DNA of 64,000 bases from Tubulanus polymorphus (Eukaryota; Animalia; Nemertea), in contig NC_134030.1 of the NCBI RefSeq assembly GCF_964204645.1, positions 12,483,947 through 12,547,946 of the forward strand. The letters run 5' to 3'. Every line of letters begins with the position of its first letter. Position 1 is the first letter of the stretch. Positions 1-14,272 of the stretch are shown here, piece after piece. The position numbers were made by a program, and so were the translations under genes. The notes beneath the pieces are model-generated. The model saw nothing but the letters and a program-made list of their open reading frames with translations. It was not told where the DNA came from and searched no databases.

Positions 1-860
1 CCCAAAAATGTCAATTTTGGCCCAAATTCTGAGTCCTGTAGCTTCCTACTGGTTAGCCATTTCTCATTGCAATTTTTGATGGGTATTCTTTGGAAAGGGT
101 TGTCTTATACCTGAGCCAGGTATTTTTGATCGGCCAATTGTGACGCAATTGGCGGCCATCTTGGTATCATCAGTGGTAGGTGGGACAAAGTTTTTCCACA
201 TCATATTGATACCTAAGCATATTTTGTTACCACAATTTATTGCAAAGTTGTAGCTCATGACATCATCAATGATTGTGGTGAGTTTTAAGGACATTAGTTA
301 TTCTATATGGTCACCAGGGGGTGTTGAATAGTAAATAACTTAGTATTTCCTTATTAGATTGGTACCTAGGCATATTTTGTTACCATGATCAATTGCAAAG
401 TTGTAGTTTATGACGTTTTCTATGATTATGGTGAGTTTTAAGGTCATTGGGTTTTGAATATGGTCACCAGGGGGCGTTGAATAGTAGAATACTTAGTATT
501 TCCATATTAAATTGGTAACGAGACATATTTTGTTACCATGATCAATTGCAAAGTTGTAGTTTATGACATTTTCTATGATTATGGTGAGTTTTAAGGTCAT
601 TGGGTTTTGAATATGGTCACCAGGGGGCGTTGAATAGTAGAATACTTAGTATTTCCATATTAAATTGGTAACGAGACATATTTTGTTAACATGATCAATT
701 GCAAAGTTGTAGTTTATGACATGTTCTATGATTATTGTGAGTTTTAAGGTCATTGGGTTTTTTATATGGTCACCAGGTGGCGTTGAACATTGAAATTGTT
801 AGATTGTTGAGCATTGGAAACCACTTCCCAAGTGGGCATGGTGTCCCTGGACCCCTAGTT
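1..860 (+). mobile_element. HINE/Helentron-like non-autonomous element, 3' part, with about 153-bp internal tandem array
   Basis: gtcaccagggggcgttgaa recurs at about 310, 462, 616 and 769; 3' subTIR cccaagtggg plus hairpin and ctagtt; same family as 46634-47898. Confidence 0.75.
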
Positions 861-1184
861 ACATTACCTACAACTCCTGTGTGTAGACCAGAGAGGCCCT
901 ACCTAGGCCTAGCCAGGCCTGGAGAGTCAGGGAGGTCTTTTCTGACCCCTGCTCCCTTTTTCTTTTTTAATTTTAGAAATAGAAGCTAGCCTATCAACTT
1001 TTTTCTGGAATCTGGCATCTTTTGGGGAATGTTTCAACCCTTTCATTGGGCGATGACTAAATTGTTACTTAAAAGGCATGGGTCCTCACTCCTGACTACA
1101 GGTTGACACCGAAGTTGAATAGAAGTTGAGCGAAAAATTCCATTTTATCTCGTTTAAGAAGATGATTGCTTTTATTTTTTACAG

Positions 1185-1422
1185 GGACCTAAAAAGAAGG
1201 GAAGTAAGATAATCGGCTGCAAATCCAAATCCAGTGGATTAGCAAATTCTACTGGTTGCAATACTGGTAACATCGTAGGTACGAAGAAGAAGTTTAAAGA
1301 AGCCCAATACTCCTTCTATTCGACTGATTCGGAAAATGATGTGGCCAAGGCTCATAAAGATCTAGATCGCTGTGCTAAGATATTATCAGAATTGATGCCA
1401 AAAGAACAAGCTTTTCCAAGAG
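1185..1422 (+). CDS. CCDC14: CCDC14-like exon (GPKKK...YSTDSE...AFPR)
   Basis: ttttacag acceptor, open frame, gtaatt donor; contains YSTDSE motif. Confidence 0.8.
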
Positions 1423-4400
1423 GTAATTGGTTTATATGCTATTGAGTTTCGTTTCATTTTAGATCTCCAGCGTTGTGCCGTTGACGAACGTCGTTCATTA
1501 GTTGAACACCGTGCAGTGGCGCCTCGGGTGGATGAAAAATGAACTAATCCAGAATTTAAGCCAAAAAATAAATGATCAGAAAAAAAATCGCACCTGCGGA
1601 ATGCATTAATCAATAACTTACAGCAGCAAGAGTGTTAAACATTTTTTAGCCAAATTTGTGTATACCCAAGGGGAATTGAAATTTTTGCCTCTGTAGATCA
1701 AGTTGATTGAATAACTGTGTTAACTTTTGCTGAAATGTTTAACAACTAGGCTACTGGGCACTCCAGATACTATTTAGATGGAGTCTTATTGTCTCATGAG
1801 AAGATCCGTCAATCAAAATATATTTGTAATGAAGCTACCTCTATAGCTTCTATTATAGCAAGAAATAGTGGGTTGACCAGATTCAAGCTGGATAAGTGAC
1901 ATTTCAGCTCAGTTGGATAGAGGGCTTTTGCATTCACTTTTCGTCCACCATCCCTAGTTTGTTAGAATCAAGTCGCCTTGGTAATTTTTAAATGCCTTTT
2001 GTATCGTCTTGATAGCTATCCTATGATGCTGTTTTGTTTTTCATGGTAGGAGTTCGAACTCTGGAAAGAAAGAAGAAAGTTATGTCAAAAACTGAACAGC
2101 AAGGTAGAGATACTATCAAGGATAATAATGCTGGAAAACAAACCAACAGAATGCCAATTCGAGGTAAGCTATTTACCAGCCTTTTTCTTTTCACACCTAT
2201 TCGCGTATTGGTGACGCATGGAGTGGGTCATGAGTTCTATGATGTAATGTGTGTTCGTTTCGTTTGACGGATTTTCATGAAAAATTTCCGGGGAAAATTT
2301 CTTGGTTCAAGTGGAGACAGGCTTTTTTAACTACTTGAAACACGGATCCCCCTCTGAAATTCTGCTAAAACACCACGTTGAAATGGTGTGTTTTCATCAT
2401 TCATATACAATTTTGAAAAAAGCAATCTTTATCTTGATATTTCCGTTTAATTCAAGTTACTGCAAAAAATTCATGGAAATGATTTAAAAGCCTGTTCGTC
2501 GAGCATTCGAAGTATGAAATTGATTGAAGCCCTCGTCTTTGAGATCTTTTATAATTTGTGAAGCTGCCGCGTCAAGCCCCATGGGGCTCTTGTTTTAGAT
2601 TTTGTTAACATGTTGTCTAATGTTTCATTCAACTGTATTATTTCTTGTAGATGTCGTAACACCAAGATCACCTTGCGTGAATGTAGAAGTTATTCCCAAT
2701 CAAACTGTATTCAACCAAGTATTAACAACTTCAACTCCAGATAGAAAAGACAATCTATATCCTGCTATGCACAATGTCGCTGAAAATATTGAAACTTATC
2801 TAAATTCTGAATCTCGGCTTCAAACTGCAAACTCATCGCAGACCCATTTGGAATCCACCTTGCCAACTGCGAAGGATGCACTCCCTTCTCTCAACCATGA
2901 AACGTTCAAAATTATGGCTGATAAATATTTCCGGGATAAATTTCAATGCGAGAACGGTTTTGAGTTTGAACGCATGATGCATGACTTTTTCCAATCACAA
3001 TTGCTCGAAAACAAACTTCCACAATCAGTGCCAGTGGAGCAACCAGTCCGCGATACTGATGTAATGGTGACAATTCCTGGTATTCAGCCTTTACCAGTCA
3101 TCAGCGAGAAAACAGTGTCTGCCGCAAAACAACAGCATTACTCGCGAAATACTACTTCTGATATGGAAGCTAACAGTAATATAGAAAATATTATCTACAG
3201 TACCGGTACGAAAGATTTAGCACCACCAGTAGTTGAGGTTGAGGACCCTTCAAAGATTTTGCAGCTCCCTTACAACGAATTTGAAGATGCAGATACAACA
3301 TTGTGCTATGAAGGTGACAACCATTCGACTATTCTCCCATCAAATAATAATAATTCTGAGATTGATAATGCTCCTGTGGTACAGTCGTCCTCTAAGAGCT
3401 GTGCTGAAGTACGTGGGCAATACCACACCTTGAAGTACTTGATTCAAGAACTAAGAGCTACTGTCAACAAGCCTGGTATGTAATCCTAATGATTGAAAAT
3501 GGTTAATTATGCTAGCTGAAACCCACGAAAACAAGAGCAGTTTTTGAAGAAATTGTATTCCTACATGGGAGGCGGAACTCTGGGCCCAGTTTCACGAAAA
3601 AGTTTAACTCAAATTATTGGTGTAATTGCTATTGGTTACTTCATGTTTTCAATGAGGACAAACATTCTAACTTAACTGATTTGAGCTCAAACTTTTCATG
3701 AGACCGAACCCTGATCTTTAGTGTGTCAGTCTAGTGCTGTACTAACTGGGCTACTGCGAATGTGTACATACCCAGTTGCTTTAACTCACTATTGCAGCAT
3801 ATGTCTGATAAATGTTTTTAGAATTTATTGGGGTCCGCGTAATTGTTTTCGTCAAACGAAATAGCCGTTGCACCAGTTCAAGCAAATAGCTCAGTGTGCA
3901 ATAAATCACCAGGATACATACAATACCACTGAGTTAAATCGGGCTGTTACCACGATCAATAATATACAGTAGATACATGTAATCGAATTTGTTGAAGTTT
4001 CATTAAATTTCTGATTTAACAGGTGATGCGGAAGTGAATCGCATAATCGAACAAGTGGAAAGTACGGCTTCAATGCTTTCACCGGTGAAAAGTGCCATCA
4101 ATTTTCAAGCCGAGGTAGAGCGTGCAATTGATCCAATAAGGGATGAAAATGTTCAGTTACGTCGTAGACTTCGTATTGTCAATCAACAATTAAAGGAGAA
4201 GGAACGAATTGAGAAGACTGGATGTGATCCTGCATTTGAGTGTATGTATAAAACTTGATCATGGTAATTATAGTGTCTGCTGCATAGTTTCATCTGTCCA
4301 TTCATAGACAGAATCTAGACTTTATCATATATAGTCACTGTATCTAGTAAAAATACTTGCCGTCACAGGGGTTAGATTCTAAAAATTGTAGGTGCTCTAC

Positions 4401-7400
4401 TAATTGAGCAACTAGATTTGTTTAGGTGCTCAACTGGAATTTTGTTAATGTGACGAAACGAGTGCCGTAGGGGCGAAGTCCTTCGTGGGGGGGTCTGGGG
4501 CCCTCCCCCAGAAAAATTTTGAACTAGGTACTTGGAAACGCTATTTCCTACTTACACTTATACTTACTTTCTATTTTACAAGTTATTGGGAAATCAATGA
4601 ACTTTCTACTATGCACCAAGGTTTCGGGAAATCAATAAACTTTCTACAATTTTGCGCGCGCTTTTGAATAAGACTTAGGTGCGCTGTGAGTAGCACTTCT
4701 ACGAGATATTTTACGTGCGCATAGGCGCGCCTCAAAATCTAACCCCTGTCGTCAACACTCGTAGTATCTCGACTGCCATAGTCCCATAACGCTGTATTTT
4801 ATTTAATAGAACTGATGATCAGATGAGAAAATGCTTATAATACACAGGCATCACCCCGGGCTGTATTCATGTCCGGTAACCGGACATATTCCCAATCCAA
4901 AGCTAATTAAATTTTCCCAATTTGACAAAAAAATTCCCAATTAACTCTTGTTTAAAAAAAATTATTTCTATTTGTTATGATGTTGAAACCATCGTTAGAA
5001 TGCAAACATGTTCTCTACAATGACGTAGGCCTAATTGAAGTTTAATATAGTTCGACTGTAGGCCTTTACTGCCGCTAGAGCGTCATCTCTGTGTGCAAAA
5101 TGAAACAGTACATTGTATATATGCGCGCTTTCACGTTACCAGCCATAGTCACTAAGAATGAATGGCAGCTTATTGGAACACTGCCAGTTTCCCGGAAAAC
5201 TTAAACTAGGCCACACGTCTAAGCTTGTTTTCACACAATGCACACTTGACATCAAACATACGTAGCTCAGTGGGGCGGTCAGTCGGTTGGCCGTTTTCGT
5301 AAAAAATAAGATTTATTTCAATGAATCCCAGGAAAAAGTTTTCACTCAGTACTTTTGAAATTGGGTTGGTCGGGTTGCGGCAAACAGACCATTATTTTTG
5401 GATGGCCTTACGCTTTTTAAAATATCTTGGCCGGCGTGATATGATTAATATTAAACTACGTCACTGGCGTCGTAAGTAAGGAGATCATAAGAAGCCGAAA
5501 TTACCGTGCTGTTTTCACTGAAATCACACCATTTCGGGACAGGTAATTAAGAATTAAAGAGAGGGATACCCCCTCGAGCTCCCCCCATTCGCGGCCGAGC
5601 TTCGCCGCTTGTCAATGACCTTGAATCGGCAACTTTTTTTCCTAATACGTTTAAATCGGACATAAAAGAATTTTTACAGCGTGATGCCTGATACGTTATG
5701 ACACCACAGTGCCCATAACGCATAAAGTTATGGTAAGGGGTGAAGGGCTCCCCTGTCAGCAAGTGTTTTCTATCAGTTTTACTCGGCAATGAAGTGTTTA
5801 CCTGTCACTGTCACTCCTCGTTGGTGCTCGCGAACTGATTCGTTCAAAAGTACTTCATAAAAAACTGCGTACTTCGTGGTTTTGACTGATCGGATCAAAA
5901 AGAATATTGCTTGCACCGGAAGATTTCTTGTTGGACAAGTGCATTTTAAAATGTCACTCAATTGATTTTCTGTTCTGGTTGCAGACTTTCCTCATCTACA
6001 ACAAGTTATTTTCAAACATATCAGTCTTCAACTATATGGACCTTATAGTCCTCTTGTCTGTCTAGATGTAAGGGAAATAGAATTTGGCTTGAATGAAGAG
6101 CTCAAATTATGGTCTTGAAATTCATACATGATAGGCTGATTAATGTTGAGACTTCCTTTAGAATAGATGCAATGAATTCTTTTAATATTTTCTAGTGATC
6201 CATTTGCAAACAGAAAATGCCAACCTGCGAGAGCAGCTTCAAGATGAGCAAGCTAAATTGCAGAAGTTTTCAGATCAGATATATGTCATCGAAAAGTCTA
6301 ATGAGAAGTTGACAACTGAGCGACAGCATTTACTGTTGCTGTTGAATCAAAAGGTAAATAGACAATCTGCATTGAGTTGTAGATCCATTTTCTCACAACA
6401 ATCGATGATTTGAAGATACTACTCAGTAGAATACTGCTTCTGTGAATGAGACCGTGAGGTGGCCCCAAAACGCATCTCAGGCAATTGAATTTTCAGAAAT
6501 AATTTTGGGGGATCCTTCAGAAGCTCCTTTAGGGTGGTTTAGGGAACCTCCCCGAAACAATTTTGAAAATAGAATTGCATGTTCGGCCAAATTTTAGTGA
6601 ATATTTCATATAAAAATGTCACTTAAGAAAATGTGATTAATCCTCAAAACATTTTTGGAATCAACATTTTTGGAATAAGTTTTTATTAGGTCTATTAGTC
6701 CAACAACATACACTGGAGTTTCATCCTTCGTTTATGAAGACTGGCAAATTATTTGATAACTGTGTCTATATCTATATCATAGTTATATGTATGTGAGCAC
6801 GAAATTTTCTTCGACAAAAAATAGTGAAACTCAAAATTTTGTGGGTTGGGGGGTGCGTTCCCCTGGGTACAGGCCTGTATAGACTCAAGTTTCGGCGTGA
6901 CAGTTGTTGATGGTTTGTGCATTTGATTAAATAAATTGCCCATGGGCAAAGTGTGGTTTACCTTGAAAGCTAGAGGTTGTTTGGAGTAAGGGCATTGCTG
7001 AGAAATCTTTTTAATTTGTGACTTCAAAGTTCTAGAAGTTTATATTGTATTGTATCTTTCTTAAAGAATCATTTTGTAGTCAAATAAGACCGAAGATAAA
7101 CATTTGTTTATGGTCTGCATCCAAAATTTCGTAGGGTACAGGTAGGCGTGGCAGGGAAACTATTTTATATTTTCAAAAAAATATTTTTCACAATATGAAA
7201 AAGTATTAAAATAAAATTCATACGATGTCACATATCAGAGGGTGGCTGAATATTGAGTCTTGGAAACGAAACCTCTTCCAATGTATGGCCGCGGAAGCTA
7301 ATACACCGAGGCGTAGCATAAGATCGTTTTAAATCCTGGAATTTACCACTACAATATTCAGACCACGACCTATACCTATGCTATGACGATTATTCAGCCT

Positions 7401-10400
7401 GTTACCATACCAAACGTGCACGGTCCAAGCAGTATACCTCTAGTCTGGTGCTTAGTATTTTCAGGTCACAAGAAATTACAATTCATTACAAATTCTATCA
7501 AACACAAAACACAGCGCTCATCCTCTGCTAAGGCGATTATTCAGCCTGTTATCATAATTACCAAACGTGCACGAGCCAAGCAGCGTTACAGCATCACCAT
7601 ATAGTAGTCTAGTATAGTATGACTGCGTGTTTGTGTGTGCAACAGTCTAATGTTTAGCACTCCCGCGCACGTGGAGGCCTTGTGTAGTGAACGTTCGCTT
7701 CACTCCAATCTCAATCAACACAATCACCGGGTATTAAAATGAAACAATACCTATGGCGATATGTGAAATAATTATATTCTCACCAGCAATGAGCATTTAA
7801 AATTCACACATATACGGCACCTAGTCCAATGAAACGTTAGCCATTCTTTCCCATAATTATTTTAGTTGCGCCAGAATTCCCCGTATATCCCAAAAACAAC
7901 CAATCAGATTTGCTCGTAGAGACGACGCCCCCCCCCCCCTAATCGAGGTCATTGCAATGTTATACGCAAGAGCTTAGAATTCTCCTACCAAAAACAGTTT
8001 TTCATCGAATTTAAACAAAGTTGACCATGTCATTGACGGAGGTTCATCATGTCTTCAATCGCATCGATTATACGTCGTTTAACCCGAGAACCAATGAAAA
8101 AAATGCTCATATTAAAAAAATTACCGCGATTTTACATGAATTGGCTCAATACCAACCTCATACTGCTGACAAAGGTAGACCAAAAAGGATTGATTTTCTC
8201 TTTTCAAAGGTGATGATAAGTCTTGATTTTAACTCTTTGCCTGCCAGGCCTTTTTTTCAGGAAATGCTGCGCTTTGCCAGGATTTCCGTGTTTTTCAGAG
8301 ATTTCTTAAACAAAACTTAAAAGAGATATCATCATCAAATTTGTTTTATTTTGTTCATCTGGTCTTGCTTTTTCATGTAAAATAAGCAGCATTTCTTCTG
8401 AAAGTGATAAAATCTGCAGCAATCACCAGTGCAGAGGGGGTTTTTGCATAAAATATGCCCATTCATGCGTGTTCAAACCCCATTTCAATAAATGACTTCA
8501 CTAACACACTGCATTGAACGACTGATGATAGTTTGTTTTAGTAGTAAAGGCATTCAACTAACGCGTGTTGTGTGATGAATTCGCCGTCTATCATTAATGT
8601 TTAGAAACAAGTCAACCATTCCAGTACGGTTTTGGCAGGCAAGTGATGGGAGATGTCGATCGTACCAGTACGTTTTTGGCAGGCAATGAGTTAACCAAGG
8701 CCTGACTACCATGAACCCTGTTAATCGGGTGCGATTTTCGAATGCTGGATAAAACCAGCGACTGTGTGTGTGCATACATGCAACTATTGAGAACGATATT
8801 AATCACATGATACCAAAATGGCGGGCATTTGACGATGAATCCTTATGAGCGTCGCCATCTTGGGTGTACTGCATGATGAAACAGAGGTTGCTGATTGGCT
8901 TAAGGATTATTTTCCCATCGCGTTGCATCGCTAGTTGTTGCACACATTAATGAGTGATTTCACGGGCACTACGATTTTCCGCATATTATTTAACCTAAAT
9001 TATTTATTTTTCGCATAATATCAAACATGTATGTGTGACTCATCGCTTGCCACGAAAACCAAAACCATTTGCAGTCCCGTGAACCCGCAGACTAGGCGCT
9101 GCGATTTTCAAGCGATTTCTCAATCGTGCTAGCTAAAATCACAAGAAATTAATCATCTGTGCCAGGCTTAAGTGTACGTACAACAAATCATTTGACCCTG
9201 CTGCACCGTACAGACTTGTATGCATCAGACATAAAACGTGTGTACGTGATAAATGAATGGCCCTCCCTAACCTCAGCAGTTTGAACACGCCATGACAGAG
9301 TGTGTGTTTGTGGATTAAACTGTTATAGAGGAATGCCTGAATGCTACCCCCTAGGCTGTGATGCAAAAATATCGTGGGCTATGTCTTGTCCATCCTAAAT
9401 GTCGCGGATTTTGAATGATATGTGAAGAGAAATTAGACAATTAGACCCAAATCTATTTCCCAAACAAAAATAGTTTGATTTGTTTTTGTCGTTGCAAGTG
9501 TGTGGTTGGATGTTTGTGCCATCTGCATTCTCATGATGATGATGATGATGGCTAGATGGCATATTTAAGAATCTAATCAAAGGAAAGAACTTTTCATGAC
9601 TGTAAACTGTGAGAGGTGCTGCTCTACAGCCAATTCTATTTTACTGGGTAATTCCAACCCCCATTCAAATACTTTAGTACAGTAGATCCTGATCAATTGA
9701 ATCTAGATTTTCATATTATCTGGATACCTTATTTTAATGATCCACCAATACGGAATGTGCAACAATGGACCTAGGATGTTTAATCTGGATTTCGTGTGCA
9801 ATACGACGTCGACACTGGATTTAAACTCAATTAAAATCTAACAATAATTTTTTAAATTCTATGCATGATATATGAAGATTGTGGCACATGAATGCTAAAG
9901 AATCAGAGTTTTTTTTCGATGTTTGATTTGCCAAATTTTTGGATTGGAAGACCAAAAATTGAGTTCAAAGTTCCTTGAAAATGAGCTAATTTTGATCGAG
10001 TGCGTCTGATATCTCAGTGGCGCCATCTGACGGGATAGATTCCCCATTAGTTTTGGCTTAAAAATGTTCATGCATCAGTGGAACTTATTTTGTTTCTAGG
10101 ATACTGATCACATGAAGACAAGGCACGACTGGGTACAAGAGGTGACACGTTTGAAGAAGGAACTTGAAGCTGCCAACAATCGAAATGAAATGCAGAAAAT
10201 TAAACTGGAAGCTGCTGAACGTGAGGGACATATTCTTAAAACATCAATCAACCAACGAGATGTTGAATTATCTAGATTACAAGAATTGTTACAGTATGTA
10301 TGCACCAACTTCAAATACAGTAAAACATCTCTGCAGTGCAGACATTTGTTTCTGGGCAGTCGATACAATATATTAGGTTTAATATGAAACCTGTTTGTAA

Positions 10401-12332
10401 TGACGATTTCACCATTGCCCACATGATTGGTATTTAATACCATTTGTCACCCGTGCGAACAATTGTTCAAGCCAAATCTAACATGGGCCATATAGGGCCA
10501 AAAACGCTTGTGTGATTGCGGCTATAGATAGGCCTAGTACATTACCAACATTTTGCTTGACATGACTCCTGGAATTTTTCACTTGTCCTGAACTGTACGA
10601 ACTCTGTATTACCATTCGACCCGATAATTTGAAAGATGTCAAATCCCATCATGATATTTGACACCCATCATCGAATACTTTTGGCATTATTATACAGTCA
10701 ACCTCGCTTAATCCGTCTCCGGTTAAACCATATAAGTGCTTATTCCGTAAAAGTAAATTGGTCCTGTTTTTCAGTAACGTTATTCCCTTTAAAATTCTGT
10801 GTCTAATTCGTACTCAATAATCCATATTTTCACTTATTCCGTAGACAAATGAATGGTCCCGTTGTCCAATTTATATGTAAATCCTTATGTGTAATCTGTA
10901 TCAGCTGTTGGGAACATGCACTTGAAGTGAAAAAAGTATAAACATCTGTAATCTAATGAGGTTTATATAGTCAGTAGGAAATATGAAAAACTAAGAAAAC
11001 TCAAGTTAATCCATCAATGTCATATAAGTCTCAAGCTTTACTAAATAACCAGTACAGATGCTATTATCTGTCAATCAGTAAAAGACCTTTGATGAAGCGC
11101 CCTCAAGAACATGGTCTGTGAGTTATCTGTACTAGACACACGAAGGCTTCAAATAGTCCTACTCTACTGAAATCAGTTGGTTTGTTTCATCACACCAGGG
11201 GATGTTTTCTTTTTATGTATTAATAATGTCAAATGGATCTGATGAACCATCGGTTACTATGAACTTTTTATCCCCCCCTCGGATGGATCGTTAGAACATG
11301 GTTCTACTGTAGTTGTCGTCCACGGTTTGAGAGATAACTAAACCAGCAATTATAAATTATACGGATTGTGCACTTAAATCATAGTTTGTACGGGTAATAG
11401 TTAATTTTTATCAATTCCGAATTATCTGTTGTCCGTATATCACTTAATCCGTACTAAAAAGCTCAGTCCCTAGTGATACGGATTAACCGAGGTTGACTGT
11501 ACCAAGAAAATGTGATTGTAATTGTGCTCTGTGATTGTTGATTTTATTCAAATGGTATTACTGTAATTTCAGGAGCTGTAAAGGTAAATTTGGAGTTGCA
11601 CCTGAAGGAAATGATAGTCAATTATTGGAACCACAGCCGGAAAACCAAGCCCCGATACCCGGACCACTGACTCGGGAAGCATTGGAGGAGTTCAACAGAA
11701 ATACTAGTGGGTCCTCTAAAAGATCCATCCACAGCAGTAGTCCAATCTTTAATGCGGCCGATTATTTTCAATTAAAACAACAGAAATCTTCATCACCACC
11801 TGGCAGAAGTCGAGATGTCATTAGCCCATTACGAGAAATACCATCTAACGATAACGCAACACCTAAGATAAGCCCCAGTGCTCGTTATAAGCAAACAATA
11901 ATCGACCTGAAAATGAAAGCAGCCATGTTTAACGAGGAACGGGGTGCCAAATCATGTCGGTCAAAATCCTCTGCATCAGATAGTGGTACGGAAGTAAGTG
12001 GAGGTCATTCAGAATTGTCACAGGCAATTCCTAACAATCAGAAACTGACTGGTTCTAATGCAGATATTTCGCAAGCTTCAGCTAATTCATGTCGCTATAG
12101 TGTCACAGAATATTTTCGTAAATATCCTGTTGACCGTTTCTACAATGGCCATCAGGATGATGGTAGTCGTGTTGCAGCCGATACAACATTTGATGATGAA
12201 TCGGTGATTTCTGATTTAACAGTCACATCAGTTTCAACAATACGGTCAAGCGATGATCGTTCATTTCGAGAAAACTTAGAAAGTTTAGATGCTAATATAT
12301 CTCGCATTCAGCAAACTCTGATAAGAAAATGA
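1185..12332 (+). CDS. CCDC14: CCDC14-like coiled-coil protein (spliced gene, 5' end not located)
   Basis: Seven phase-compatible GT-AG exons: 1185-1422, 2050-2163, 2651-3475, 4023-4241, 6196-6353, 10100-10293, 11573-12332 (TGA). Motifs I recognise from CCDC14: YSFYSTDSENDV..HKDLDRCAKIL; LKYLIQELRA; AIDPIRDENVQLRRRLRIVNQQLKE; C-terminal DDRSFRENLESLDANISRIQQTL. Confidence 0.85.
2050..2163 (+). CDS. CCDC14: CCDC14-like exon
   Basis: ag/gtaagc boundaries, 114 nt, phase 1-1. Confidence 0.7.
2651..3475 (+). CDS. CCDC14: CCDC14-like large exon
   Basis: Inside ORF 2602-3483; tttcttgtag acceptor, gtatgt donor; phase 1-1. Confidence 0.85.
4023..4241 (+). CDS. CCDC14: CCDC14-like exon (coiled coil ENVQLRRRLRIVNQQL)
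   Basis: Conserved CCDC14 core; ag/gt boundaries. Confidence 0.88.
4366..4748. mobile_element. Non-autonomous TIR element (CAGGGG termini)
   Basis: TIR caggggttagatt / aatctaacccctg; flanks ccgtca/tcgtca. Confidence 0.6.
6196..6353 (+). CDS. CCDC14: CCDC14-like exon (coiled coil)
   Basis: Heptad-rich; ttttctag/gtaaat; phase 1-0. Confidence 0.82.
8233..8690. mobile_element. piggyBac-like MITE
   Basis: TTAA TSD; TIR ctctttgcctgcca / tggcaggcaatgag. Confidence 0.7.
10100..10293 (+). CDS. CCDC14: CCDC14-like exon (coiled coil)
   Basis: Heptad-rich; tttctag/gtatgt; phase 0-2. Confidence 0.82.
10695..11499. mobile_element. Tc1/mariner/pogo-like MITE
   Basis: TA TSD; TIR cagtcaacctcg(c/g)ttaatccgt. 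Confidence 0.78.
11573..12332 (+). CDS. CCDC14: CCDC14-like terminal coding exon
   Basis: tttcag acceptor in phase 2; ends FRENLESLDANISRIQQTLIRK*; AATAAA at 12541 and about 14497. Confidence 0.85.
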
Positions 12333-12702
12333 AGGATGTCCATTCTAAGGGACCATCCTTAGAATACTGGTACATATGTACACATTTATGGATGTTGTTA
12401 CAAATGGCTGATATCTCCAATTCGTACTGCACCTCAATTTGTAAATTAGTCCAGAATCAATTCTTTGTTATTTGTTCTTTGGTTTTGACTGTTGTAATGT
12501 AATTCCAATATGTTCTGATGGACGAAAATTCAGATTGGAGAATAAATTTCCCAAAGAATTGAGTTCAGTAAATCCTCTCCCCCCCTCCCCAATATACCAG
12601 TTGATTCTACCTCTTTCACAGAAATTGATGGACTGGATCAATTTTTAAGCTAGCACAGATGAGACACAAGGTATCAATTCATTTTAGCCCAAGCTTACTT
12701 AA

Positions 12703-12980
12703 CCCTTTCAGTGCGTCTACACCGCAGTGCGGTGTATAAATCAGTGATGGATTTTGCTAGTACACCGTATTGATGTAATTAGTAATTTGTAATTATCTCT
12801 ATTGAAAAATGGCAGCAAGTGTCAAACATAGTGAAATACTAGTAACTAACGATACACCGCACTGCGGTGTAGACGCACTATAGTGGTATTCCCATTGTTC
12901 AACACACTAGGGTGGAATTTTTTAGAATTTTCAAATTTTCTCCAGCACTATAGGGTATTAATTAGTCAGCACTGAAAGGG
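12703..12980. mobile_element. piggyBac-like MITE
   Basis: TTAA TSD; TIR ccctttcagtgc; internal acaccgcagtgcggtgt palindromes. Confidence 0.78.
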
Positions 12981-13033
12981 TTAAGTAGCGTGAACAATGT
13001 AAAATAGGTACAGAAGTAGTAGTACAGAAGTAG

Positions 13034-13580
13034 TATGGCATGGAAATACTGTCAAAATTAAAATAGCATTCACTTTATTCAAAATTTAATCATTATTCAT
13101 AATACATTTTATAAGCATCTATTGGTTTTTTTTCTCTTCTGGTTGCTCTGCCTGTCCTTCGCAGGGGCGGATCTAGGGATTGTCTTGTATTAGGCGCGAA
13201 CGGAGGGTGGGGGATCTGGGGGTTAACTAGTCAGACTACATGTATTTCAAATTCGATGTGCATAATTGTGCAATTTCCTGCATTTTCATAGGCATCCCCA
13301 GGATTTTTCATAGGGGGTTCGAATTAGCATCAATCCAGCAACCAAGCACAATGTCTGGTGTTTGGTGGGCCTCCCCCAAAAACCTTTTTTTTAAATTGGA
13401 GGTTTTAGAGACGTTTTCCAGGCTCTAAATGAATCATTTAGAGGTAAAAGGCTAGTCAAATTGTCAAGAAAAATCGTGAACATTGATTACATAGTAACTT
13501 GAGAAGTTATCTCGAAAAGGGGGTGCGTCGATTGACGCGTCAAAATGCTATTTTAATTTTGACAGTATTTCCATGCCATA
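13034..13580. mobile_element. IS3EU-like non-autonomous element
   Basis: 37-bp perfect TIR starting TATGG; 6-bp TSD AAGTAG. Confidence 0.7.
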
Positions 13581-14111
13581 AAGTAGCCCTTTGACTAATT
13601 GCTATTTTGACTGACAATTTCCTGGTTTTTCTGAAATTGTATTGAAGAAAATCCAATTAAACCATAGAATTTTGAAAAGGTCTGAATTCCTGAAATTTTC
13701 TGCAGAAATAAATTTGGTTATTCTTTGAATGGCAATGTTTGGAGAGAATATTCCTGGAAATCATTGTGGAAGCAGGCACTGAAATTATGTCTGCTGAGAA
13801 TGTTATAACGTGTATATATTCAATATATTGTTTATTTTTTTCGACTAATTTCCTGTGCACAACGCTGATTTGTGTCATTGTTTTTCATGTAAAGATGATA
13901 AGATTCGTAATGTTTCCCAACATATTTTTTGCCCTATAATTTTGTAGAAAAGATTTTCTACCTACCTACCGACTCACCTTGTAAACGTGGGTGGGTGTTA
14001 CGGCGAACAGAAAATTAATTTGGAATGGCCTAATAAAAGATTTCTGTGAAGTATCGTTTCTGGACATAAATCTGAAATATTTCTGGCGTTATCAATCAGA
14101 ATATATTTGTA

Positions 14112-14272
14112 CAGTAGAACTCACTTAATTCGCTTAATTCACTGGAAATTTCGACTGAATCAAACAAAATCCGAATTATGTGCTCTCATTTGAATAGAAT
14201 TAACCTCAGGGGGACAGGAATTTGAGTCCGAAATGAGTGAAAAAACCGATCCGAATTAAGTGAGTTATACTG
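14112..14272. mobile_element. Tc1/mariner/pogo-like MITE
   Basis: TA TSD; TIR cagta(g/t)aactcacttaattcg. Confidence 0.7.

Noticed and set aside
215-800. CRISPR-like regularly spaced repeats (also 47230-47850)
   Set aside because: The whole 153-154 bp unit repeats with no unique spacers; no cas genes; eukaryotic context
3565-3755. tRNA gene on the minus strand
   Set aside because: Only degenerate A/B-box-like sequence interrupted by a small MITE; at best a SINE relic with no cloverleaf
9395-9580. His-tag-like ORF (HHHHHH)
   Set aside because: Produced by a short (GAT)n microsatellite in an intron
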